Shown here: in pieces, positions 38,468 through 48,842 of the stretch
Layout of the letters: each line of letters starts with the position of its first letter
Position numbering within the stretch: position 1 is the stretch's first letter
The notes under the pieces: model-generated
What the model was told of the DNA's origin: nothing
The model's database searches: none
Seen by the model: the letters and a program-made list of their open reading frames with translations, nothing else
Source: Phoronis australis
Lineage: Eukaryota; Animalia; Phoronida
Assembly (NCBI GenBank): GCA_002633005.1
Contig: NMRA01000334.1
Span: forward strand, 1 to 64,000
DNA: 64,000 bases
Reading direction: 5' to 3'
Program-made: the position numbers and the translations under genes

Positions 38468-40450
38468 ATGGTGAAAACGGACAAATTCTCCTTATCCTTT
38501 ATTCTCACATCAGTGATACAGTGGCACAGTGCGTCTAGTAACTCAACAGATGTCACTCCAGTGACAACACGCGAGCCATCGGAGGCTATAGTCTCCGTAG
38601 AGCCTTATGTGACTAGTGTAACTGAGGATGCGCTTGGCTTGGGAAGTCCCGAGCCAGAATCGACGCCGGAGCCTGAACCGGAGACAACACTACCCTTTGT
38701 TGAGCCAACCCCCAATTGGGAAGATGCCAAGCGTCAGTGGGGGGTAGCGTGGGAAGTGCACATTTACGTGTTTGGAATTTTGTTTGCACTCCTGGCGTTG
38801 TATTGCGTTGTAAGTGTCGTGCGGCTGTTCAGGAGGAAGCAACTGCTGACCCGGCGGTATTTCATTGCGCTCAATGCACTCATATTTTTTTTGTCTGCCC
38901 TGCGCAGTGTCTACCTGCTGGTGGATGCCTACAACTCTAAGCAGACATTTCTACCATTTTTGCAGTTCCTTCTTTACGCCATTCCATTTCCGTGTTTGAC
39001 TTCCGCATTTAGCCTACTGTTCTTTGCTCTTTTGCAGACTTTGCGAATGACTTTCATCTCAGCAAAGATTCAGAAACTGAAGTACCTCATTTGCATAATA
39101 ATGTTCCATTTTATTTTCGCCATCGTCACAGGGGTCGTGCTAGGAGTACTCGTCAGAGCCGAAATACTGGAGCTCATCTGCCAGGCCATCTTCGTTGTCT
39201 GGGGACTATTTCTATTTTTAGGTTTCTTAGCCATTTTCCTACAATTGTTTCGGTTTGCCAAAAGGCGACAGGAGGAAGAAGAGATTCTGAAACGTTCTTA
39301 CCGAAACACGTCTCAAATAAATGGAGATTGTGGAGTGCACGTGCCTCGGTATACTGCGAGCTTAGCTGTAGTCGCAACATTAATCTCATCCATTTTCGGC
39401 CTTATTGTTGTTGCACTGCACGCCTATTCCATCTACGCATTGTCTTATCTGAGCACTGAAATCCCACAACCATGGGACTACTGGATAATAATGACCATCT
39501 TCCGATTCACGGAATTCTGCATGTGCGCACTCATTGCCTATATCTCTACGCAACCAATTCGATATAGTACCACTGACCGTCGGAACATTGTAGTGCTTTC
39601 GTGCACCCGCTGTTGTCATCAAACATTTGACAGAGATAATGATTGTGACTTTATTGAGCCTTCAACAAAAGCTAACCACACAAATGAAGACTCAATTCCT
39701 CTGTGCGGGAATACAACAGAGAAACTGGACTTCTTGCAGTCAACGCCAAAGGGTGAACCCTTGCAGACGGTGGAGAATGGCTTCCTTGGGTTCATGAGTG
39801 TTCTCGATAGTGACAGTATTAAATTCATTGACGACGATAGTACTCGTTCAGTCGCCTCATCTGAATCTGACGCCATTCTGCCGGACTATGCAGAAAAAGG
39901 ACCACAGACTGCAACCCATAGCCAACCTACAGAGTCAGGACCCCAACATAACTCAAATACCAGCAGCAGCCCCAACATGTCTGATATTGACAAGCCCATG
40001 ATAAATGTCAGTGAGTTTGAAAATCACTTGGCAGAGCAGGTGAGGCCGCGAGGACGACTCAACAGGACTCCCGCACTCGACGAAAACTCTTCCTGGCAGG
40101 CGGGAGTATCAAAGTCTGGCGAGATTCCCCAACGGCCTCAACCAGAGGTCAGTCAAGGTCAACAGGTCGCACCCTTGGAGGCAGAAGATGCCCCACGCGT
40201 GAAGTACAGGCTGAAGCAGCGCCACCCTTTGATGCAAAGGAGTAGTAGTGAGGGCGGACCCTTTCCTGTGGTGGGGAATTTAAACTATGTGTCGTCGTCA
40301 GATTCTGAAGGAGATGTGCCCCCTGTAGATAGAGTAGAGCTAGCAAAGAGTGCTGACTTGTCAGAGTTCAATCAGGACGTACAGGATGCCATGGCATGTC
40401 TGATTGACGACAGCTCGCAGGAATTTATAGAGATGGAAGCTGATGTGTGA
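38468..40450 (+). CDS. Proline-rich transmembrane protein 3/4 family (PRRT3/PRRT4-like) 7-TM protein, 660 aa, single coding exon
   Basis: Signal-peptide-like N-terminus, S/T/P-rich stalk with EPEPEP, family signature PNWEDAKRQWGVAWEVHIYVFGILF and RSVYLLVDAYN, about seven hydrophobic segments, long disordered C-tail; acceptor catcttttgtag at 38392. Confidence 0.88.
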   Translation: MVKTDKFSLSFILTSVIQWHSASSNSTDVTPVTTREPSEAIVSVEPYVTSVTEDALGLGSPEPESTPEPEPETTLPFVEPTPNWEDAKRQWGVAWEVHIYVFGILFALLALYCVVSVVRLFRRKQLLTRRYFIALNALIFFLSALRSVYLLVDAYNSKQTFLPFLQFLLYAIPFPCLTSAFSLLFFALLQTLRMTFISAKIQKLKYLICIIMFHFIFAIVTGVVLGVLVRAEILELICQAIFVVWGLFLFLGFLAIFLQLFRFAKRRQEEEEILKRSYRNTSQINGDCGVHVPRYTASLAVVATLISSIFGLIVVALHAYSIYALSYLSTEIPQPWDYWIIMTIFRFTEFCMCALIAYISTQPIRYSTTDRRNIVVLSCTRCCHQTFDRDNDCDFIEPSTKANHTNEDSIPLCGNTTEKLDFLQSTPKGEPLQTVENGFLGFMSVLDSDSIKFIDDDSTRSVASSESDAILPDYAEKGPQTATHSQPTESGPQHNSNTSSSPNMSDIDKPMINVSEFENHLAEQVRPRGRLNRTPALDENSSWQAGVSKSGEIPQRPQPEVSQGQQVAPLEAEDAPRVKYRLKQRHPLMQRSSSEGGPFPVVGNLNYVSSSDSEGDVPPVDRVELAKSADLSEFNQDVQDAMACLIDDSSQEFIEMEADV

Positions 40451-43400
40451 TATGTGTGCAGGTTTGCGTATTATGGGGCATTGTTGTGCTCGTGGATGTC
40501 TCATTTATAGTTGCCTAGCAACGAATACCGATACCTACATTTGACTTTTTTCCAGGACATAATTGTGATAGGTCTCGCGCCACTTGATTCATAACCCTGG
40601 TGGTTTGAATTGTAAACAAGTTTGCCTTGGCTTTACACAGTTTGCTTTAGTGTAGTCGCGTGCATTGAATCGCGGTACGCTTTTGTTACTGCAAAGAACT
40701 TGTGAATTGCTTTCTGCTGTAAATTGTGTGTCAAAATGTGTTGCCTGAAAAGTTGTGGTACAGTAGATTGTGTGAAATAATGCACCAAAAATCCTTTAAT
40801 TTCCGACAGTTTCTTGATTGAAGGACACCAAAATGAGGACATCATTGGCTTTCATCATGTTTCCCCTAGATAGGGATGTTGTGTTTTTAAATAGATTTGA
40901 GGCATGATAGAATCGCATGTATCACATTCACTCTAAAGTTTCAGGCTGCGCTAAATTTGTTTTGTTTTTGTTATTCTGCATGTATTTACTGTGTGAGTTT
41001 TCAAAAGTTTTTTGTCAGTTTGCTCTGGTAACCTTAAATGTTTCATTTTCACTGTACAAAACGTAACGTAAGTCTTTATTTTACGTATTTTTACACAGTC
41101 TGCCTGGAGACATTTATTTTAATTTGTCCATATTTCAGACGTGTAATTTAAGTTTTAAAGCAGAATGCAACCGTTTTTGATGTTGAGCAAGAATGCTGAT
41201 CCCTGGTTATTTTGGTGATACATTCTTTGGTGTTCCTTACTTCTCCTCTGGCTTGTGTCTACTGTACATGGAACAGTAGCAGGTAGCATCAACAGTCAAG
41301 CAAGAGGTCCAATTCTGGTTATGTATTATTCACTTCTATTGAGCATTCATGAATGAAGGAGGGAGACTGCTATCAATAACAGTTAGGATAGAACCAAGGT
41401 GCAGGCCTTTTGCTGGCATGTTTACACCTTTTTGTTAGCTTCCACGGATACTAAGTACGGTAAAATCTCTCCAATTTAAGACATAATATGGCTGAAAAGT
41501 GAAATTTTGTTTTATTTTACCACGAATCGTGTGTACCATCAAATTAAATGATTTCCCCTGTTCAAGTTTCATACCACAGCTACTGCGAGTCAAAATTTTG
41601 AAAAATTATGGGCATTCTCAGCAATGTTAGAAGCCATTGGAAATGAAAAAAGGTATTTTTGGTCCAAAATTTGTGAGATTGTACCCTTCGGGTTAATGGA
41701 AACAATGATTAAGGAAATGTCGGTCCAAGATAATTAGGGATCTTCATTTTTACCAAAGGTAACATCAAATATATGTCAATCTTGAACCATGGAAATATAG
41801 ATTTTAAACATTTTAAATCTAGTCTGCATGCCACCTGTTGGCCATATCACGTGACCTAATGAACATAAGCCCGAAAAGAATTCTGGCCCCGCCAGACTCG
41901 AAACCAGGACCTTCTTTTAGCCATACAGACATCAAATACTGTTGTCTTCCCTTGTAAGGAATTGTAAGTCTATCATGGTGAGGGATGTTTTCCCATTTGA
42001 GAAGGATTATGGTCTAGACAAGTACCACAGTGCACAGATTTCCACGAGTTTTAAAATTGTAATTGCTTGCTCAAAACTTAAATCTGGCGAATCTGTAAGC
42101 AAACCTGTTTGCAGTGTTCAGTTAGTAAGTAGATAGCCAGTTGTTCTTGGGGAACACATTGGATCTGTGAATGCTTGAAGATTCAGGAAATTGTTCAATT
42201 TCCAAGACATGGTGTGCATTGCATTTACTGAACAGTTCCTTTCACATGGGATCCTTTAAATTGAAATGAAATATCGTGATTGAATTCCTGAACTCTGTCT
42301 AAGAACCCATTTGTAGAGAAGGTCAGTGCACCCATGTTCATTTTGTGACATAATCACTAGGTGGCGCTTTGAGTAGGGCATGAAAGGAGAACAGATTGTT
42401 AGATGGAGTTTTATCATTATGGACTGTGACGGCAATACTTTGATTTTTTAGATTAACATTCAGATGTGTTGGTGGCAGCGCATACTTGGCTTGAGAATTA
42501 TTGAAGTGTGATTTAATATTATTTTTTCAAATCAAATCGGATTCAAAGATTTCCACCACATTTTCTTTTGACTTACTCCTAGCAGCAGTTACTGTCGGTT
42601 GTTGGACTTTTATGTGTGCTTTTGTGACAAATGTTGCTTCTATGCCCTTGTAGCATGTTATTCAGTAATTTGTTTTGTTTGTAATTTGTTTCTTTTTTGA
42701 TTACACATGCGTGCACCCCCCTTTGGTGAAGTGGGCAAAAAGGTTCATTGCAGGGAAACAAGCTCCCAAGAAGGAGAAACCAAGACACTTCAGGCAAGAA
42801 CTACCAAAATTCGGGAATGCACAATTCATAGCTCTGAATGTACCCCTGAATCTTAGTACAAGGTCCACATTTTCAAAAATTGGAGTCCCCACTTTTTAAG
42901 CTTGGTGCGCCCATGCTACAACTAGACAGTGTTTATTTGGATTTAATTCTCAACATTTTTGGGCTATCACTTTCTTAAGTAAAATCAATATACCTTTAAA
43001 GGTGCTCTTTTCTGTCACTCAAAAGTATCCAATGATTTTGATCAACCATCCATGTTTTAAAGCCATGTTGTATATTTCAACCCTATTGGAGAGTTATTTC
43101 AATAGCAATTTTTAAAAGTTCGATAATTGATTTTTTGTGTGTTACAGACTGGATATCACTTGAATTTCCAATTTAGATTGGAATGTTTGAATTCTGTTAT
43201 TTTGAGAAAATTTTTTGTCCTGTTGATCTTTGGGGAGTTGGTTTGCCTTATTTCATTTACATTACGATTTTTGCAAGAAAATTAAGTGTAAAGTTTCTCT
43301 TTTACATTTTTCACTGGAATACTCAACTAAACTGGTGACCAGTGGTAGTGACAAGTGACCAAAAAGTGATATTATTGTGTGTGCATTTAAAAAAAATGGT

Positions 43401-44699
43401 GCTTTAATTTTACTTTAAATTATTGGTTGGGTGTGTTTTTTATTCTATTTTGCTGAGCACTAATGTATGTTTTCCAACCCTTTGTTTTTTGTTATGATGT
43501 GAAGCCCCATTCACCTTGCAGGCTTCAGAATGTGTTCTGCTTCACATCCAGTGTTTGTAAACACAGTTCATTTGTGCCAAATTCTAATAAGTTGGGTGTT
43601 TGCTTGGTGTAAATCCTTCAAGCTAGTCCTTTCAGAAAGCAGAAGAAAATCAAAGCACCACTCTTATTTAATAGTGTGAAAAACAGGCTTGATCAACATT
43701 GCTGTCACTAATTTTTAAATGTAACAAGTGGTACAAACTATAAGCAACATATTAAGTTCGAAAGAGAAAATGCAAAAGCTTGGTCTTAACCTTTTATGGG
43801 AATTTTGTATCTTAATTTATAAAATGTTTACCAAGCTTGAGATTAGGTTTTGTGTTTATCAAATCTTATATTTTTTCATGTTTCAAACTTTTGCCTTGTA
43901 TTATCATACCATGGGCAAGTCGAAATATGCCAGGTGACGCTTGTGCCCCCAAGGATCCGGCCTATAATGAATGCTAACAGACAGATATTCAAATTTGACA
44001 GTTATGAGAGGAATGCCCTATACTGTTGCTTTAGTATTTGCCACCTGGTGAACATGGAGTCTCCCAGTTGTTGCTCTGTATTGTGGTGATGTAATCTTGT
44101 GTAGCGCCACTATCCTCCAATTTCATGTTACGTGTTATTCTGTCTTGGTTTTCAGCTCTATAGTAAAATGTATTTCAGAAACATAACATTGCTAGTGGAA
44201 AATATTATGCCCTAGTCCCACTACTCTTCTTCACCCCCCATCTCTGTATGAAGTTTTTTAACCAATTCTTGCCAGGCTGGTAATAGTTCTCACTCGCTTC
44301 CTGCTAAAATAACAAAGGTTGTAATTCATTTCGGTTTTTTACATTTTGGTACACCCTGAACTGTTTCAATGTGAATTCAGTAATTTGGATCTGGGGTTTT
44401 TAATTGCTCTATAACTTTTTGTCTCATGAATATTCATAGTAGAAAATGCAAATGAGTCACGGTGGTCATATCTTAGTATTGGATAGTATGCAAATATGCC
44501 ATACTTTTATGGGGTGGGATGTACGCAAATGAGCTGCTGCAATTTGCTATTGGCTATTGTGTATGCAAATGAAATGCCCTTACTTGTAAACTACCAAAAA
44601 GAAGTGTAATTATCAAAATGAAAATTTGTCTTTCGCAAAATTCTTGTTTTCACTTGACATTGCCATTCATCTGATTTTGAAGTTTCAATAGTTCTTTTT

Positions 44700-44802
44700 T
44701 AATTGTATTGTATTGTATTGTATGGTATTGTATTTTTGTGTGTTTTTTGCATTTTTTGTTTGATGTGATAAATAAAAGCTTGTCTCTTGTGCGTTTGTCG
44801 TG
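44700..44802 (+). terminator. Probable polyadenylation site of the PRRT-like mRNA
   Basis: AATAAA at 44771-44776, preceded by an (ATTGT)n/TGTA array and U-rich tract and followed by GT-rich sequence. Confidence 0.55.
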
Positions 44803-47800
44803 AATTTACTGTAATATAGTCATGGGTCACTTTCTCCATCTAAGCTCATTACTAGACCAATTTTTGTCATAGAAATACGTTGACTTCGGTCCGAATAATC
44901 AAAACCCCAATGTGATTAGTGGCATAAATTGATGGTGGGATATGTAAGTGCAAACTAGGATTAGACAGTTATCCCCTTAAACCATTATGTACTTGAGCAC
45001 AGAATAATTGAAACTTATCTCGAGTTCGCACAAAAGTAGAACAGAAAATGTCTAAAATAATTTCGAGTTCGAGCTCAAAGGACTAAAAAGATCCTGGCTC
45101 CTGGTCTCAAGGTTAACGTGGTATGTATTTGCTGAAAGGTTCAGTAAACCCGCGACTTTTGTCAGAAAACTTACCGCAGACCACTGGCTTTTATCGCCTC
45201 CTGAGAAAATGTCCAAAATGCCTTCACAACCAGCACTCCAGCCCACTGAATGCATCGAAGGTTCATTTAGATGTGGAAGCGACTAGACCTTGTGTTAGTG
45301 CATCTATGTATGTTATCCGTCTCGATACAGCATTTTTTAATTTAGACCACGTACCTTTACGCAATTTGTCTCACATTGTTCGTTAGTCAAAACATAGAAC
45401 TTGATGCTCTGTGGTCAAAGTAAGTGGATTTCTGAATTTGAAAAGACAGTTCGTTATTGCATAACACCAGGTTCTACATTTTTTTAAGTAATCACACGTG
45501 CAGATCATAGCTTGATGTGTATATAATCTAAGGTGGCCAATTCGACGTAGAATACCAGCGTTGTAGATGCCACGAAATTTGGTTTTGAAAGTTACATTAC
45601 ACACCACAGTAAGTAATTCGACCTAATTAAGTTCCGACGTAAATCGTACTTTGCAGCTCGCCTTTGATAATTCAAAGTTGGCAGTTGGTTTTACATTGTG
45701 TTTTCAAGTAATGGGTATTAATTAGCAACATAGGTGTATATGATCAATATTCGCTCAGTTACACTAATGAGTAACTTTAGTCCACTTAGTTGCTGATTGG
45801 ATTACTCAGTTGTCTCCCCTTCAGACTCGATCCCGTTCAAGCTACGATACGTAGTTGCTACATGCCTCGTCAGTCACGGACCTCTTTCTGTCAAACAAAA
45901 GGACATTCTCGCGAAAAAGGTAATTTTACAGTATACCGAAGTAGCGCGAAATTGAACCCACTGGCTGCAAAGTGAATGGAACGCTCTGCCGTGTAGATGT
46001 ACCCCACTCGTTAAGTATCCCAGTAAAATACCTTGTTTTTAGCGAATGTAACATTCATGGTTAGACAACGGCAAGAATTTGCGTTTGGCACATCACAATC
46101 ATGATAGCACAAGGCGGTTGTTTTATATTGCTCTGACCAAAGCTAATAATTTCAAGAAGTCTATGTCTTCGAAAAATAATCACAAAATTAAAATGCGTTT
46201 TTCGGTCGTAAAACGAAAATATTCTTTTATAACAGAAGATTTGTTTATCCCGCTCACAGATGTAGATTTCGTAACCAGGCTGACAGAACGTTTGATCAGA
46301 AGGCTTTGGAATTCCAATTAACTTGTCAGTCGTTAACGCGTACGGGTTTAATTGCCAGTGTACACATTATAATTAACGCCTTATTTCAGGCACGAATGAA
46401 TAATACCACGTTAATTCGCTCTCTACTTGATGTATGTAACCTATCGCCGGTCTCGCCTACTGAGTAATTTCAGTTAGCAATGCTCCAGTTCTAGGTCCTT
46501 ACTTTATGATACAGATTGTAATATTGTTTTACATGTTGTATATCCCTGGTGCAATGCCCAAATAATCGCTCAATTAAACATTCAGTCGTTCTCCTTGTTA
46601 CTGCAGAATGTTTTTCGGGGCACCAGATTTTCGTGAACGGTCCGCTGAAATGGAATTCATGAACAGATTTGAAAGCATTCTGCCCTCCGTGGTGTTTTAT
46701 TTCTGGAACTGTCGTCTCAACCCATCACTGTAACGCATCGTTCCCGCTCAGTCACATATGGGACCATTTGTAGTATGTCATCTCATATCCCGCTATAACA
46801 TATGTCAGCCGCAAGACCAGCAGCAGCCCTCTGTGTCTGCCAGAATTTGAATCATGTTCACACCACCCAAATGAAAGCGTCAAGTAACTGTGTTTTAATA
46901 CTATTGTTCTAGCCTCAGTAATCAACCCGTTCTCGGAATTTGTGACGCAACCTTGTGCCTTTGAGTGCTAATGAATTGGCTCAGTAATTGTTCGCCTAAC
47001 GCGCAAACTTGATCGAACAACTGACAGGCTAAGGGAGCATAGTCTTCAAGAGCAATTAATATTAATGCGTAACATGTTTTAACCTACATATTCTGGCCAA
47101 TCACGAGCGATCAGTGACCATCAGTTGCCAGAGCTAAACCTCAGAACACGTCATTCATGATGGGAGTGAGGGTTTCGTACAATAAGAAGGCAGATCTGCC
47201 GCCTGGTTTGGAACCAGACAATAAGAGGGCAGATCAGAGGTCTGACGAATTTTGTGATGACTTTTCAGACATCTAATCTACCTTCTATTCCGACGGCATG
47301 TGCCGGAACTTTGGTTAATAAATTGAATACCTGAATGTCTTTTAAACTTAAAAATGGAGCTTCAATTGTCCATGCATCTTCCCCCTGCTAGTTCAAGTAC
47401 TCGGGTGGGAAACCCAAACAACTGGACAACAAGATGTTAAAAATTGCACCACGGAAATCGAAGTACACACATTCTCAATTGGTGACAAAAGTGGTGTATT
47501 CAAGTTAACTGCAAAAAATGGGACCGCAGGAAACAAAAACTAATTATAGAAAACTTTCGTTCACTAAAGCCTTTGTTTACTCTCATGATCACAAGAAGCG
47601 AAAAGCAGATGGGTGTCAAGACGTGAGACAGTTAACTCGCCTAGTGGTAATTTTATGAAGAAATTTTTACATGATGTCGAAATTCAGTGTATTGTATAGT
47701 GTTTTAATTTCGCGCAGTCATTTGTCAATGGCCGATATAATGTCCTCCGTGATAAAATACAAATCACCCCTAATTTGGTGCGCAGCCACGCGGTGGAGTC

Positions 47801-48029
47801 TCAATGCTATTTAAATAAATATATAAATGAAAACAACAACGTGTTTCGGTAACAAGGGGTCTCGCTGCACATTGCCTGCCTCCCGTTCAGTAACGCTAGG
47901 ACCTCGCTAAAAAGCAAGACTTCGCGAGATTACCGTGAGATATTACCGTGCATTTTTAATAAGAACACGTGACTTTGACAAGGTTTTAGCTAGGTTCTAG
48001 CGTAGGTCCTAGCGTCTGCTGAACGCACA

Positions 48030-48720
48030 CGTGGTCTGCATGCAATGACAGGGTGTGACGCCACAGCTGCAAAGTGCAGGAAAGGGAAAGTGAGGCTTCT
48101 GGAAATAATGATGAAAGACTCATCTGGGACACTTATCAGCTTCTGTTCAGAGTTAATAAGCGTAGATGTCCCAGACGGAAGAAAGATAGGAGAATACATA
48201 TGCCTCCTATTCAATGAAAGGAGGAGTCAAAGATGTTAATGAAGCGAGATATCTAAAATTAATCGAGATGACCGGAAAAATAAACAAAGTAATAACTGTA
48301 ATTGATAAAATATAGTCCATAAAAGCAACGAAAATAATTTCAAATGTTTTCATAGTGTTAAAACAAAAGGCCCAGTTTCACGTCATACTTAAAAAACAGT
48401 AAATGGTGGAGAGGTTTTATGTTTTTGTTCGTCAGCTTTTAGACAATTGGTCCCTCGTCAATAAAATTGTCTCACTATTTATTTCAGGAAAAGCCGATGT
48501 CCAACATCAAGAAGATTGCCGAAAGACACTATTGAACAAGCTCAAACGAGTCCATTATATTGCCTTGCTCTGGGGTCAAGTGGATTCGGCCAATCCGGGA
48601 AACGGTTTGGATCCTCTTACATACGGTTGGAAGGTACAAGATGGATACTCACACTCCCGAATGGTTTTGTGGATCTGCCGTTCCTGGTGTCCTTTCTGAA
48701 GGTGCAGGTCTTTTACAAGA
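48030..48720 (+). pseudogene. Relic of a transposon protein with an XPG/FEN1-type H3TH motif (Academ-like), retaining one intron
   Basis: HAMTGCDATAAKCRKGK...EYICLLF...NEARY | GT-AG intron 48289-48487 | KRVHYIALLW...LDPLTYGWK...PEWF.GSAVP; disrupted by frameshifts. Superfamily assignment is from recall. Confidence 0.6.
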
Positions 48721-48842
48721 AAACCAAGCCGATCAACCGATCAATTGGTAGAGGAAATGGGCTATGACGAAACAAGCGAGCCCGAATCAAGCTGAAGTAG
48801 CGGTGACGAATCTGATATTGAAACGTATTAAAACCAAAGATA

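Noticed and set aside
38716-40346. Overlapping and antisense ORFs within the PRRT CDS
   Set aside because: Expected shadow frames of a GC-richer coding exon, with no independent signals.
41880-41925. tRNA gene
   Set aside because: Only a B-box-like fragment on the minus strand and no cloverleaf; probably a SINE remnant, as at ~6512-6588 and ~9655-9680.
47440-47610. OB-fold/SSB-like fragment (EVHTFSIGDKSGVFKLTA)
   Set aside because: Too short and disrupted to support without a profile search.
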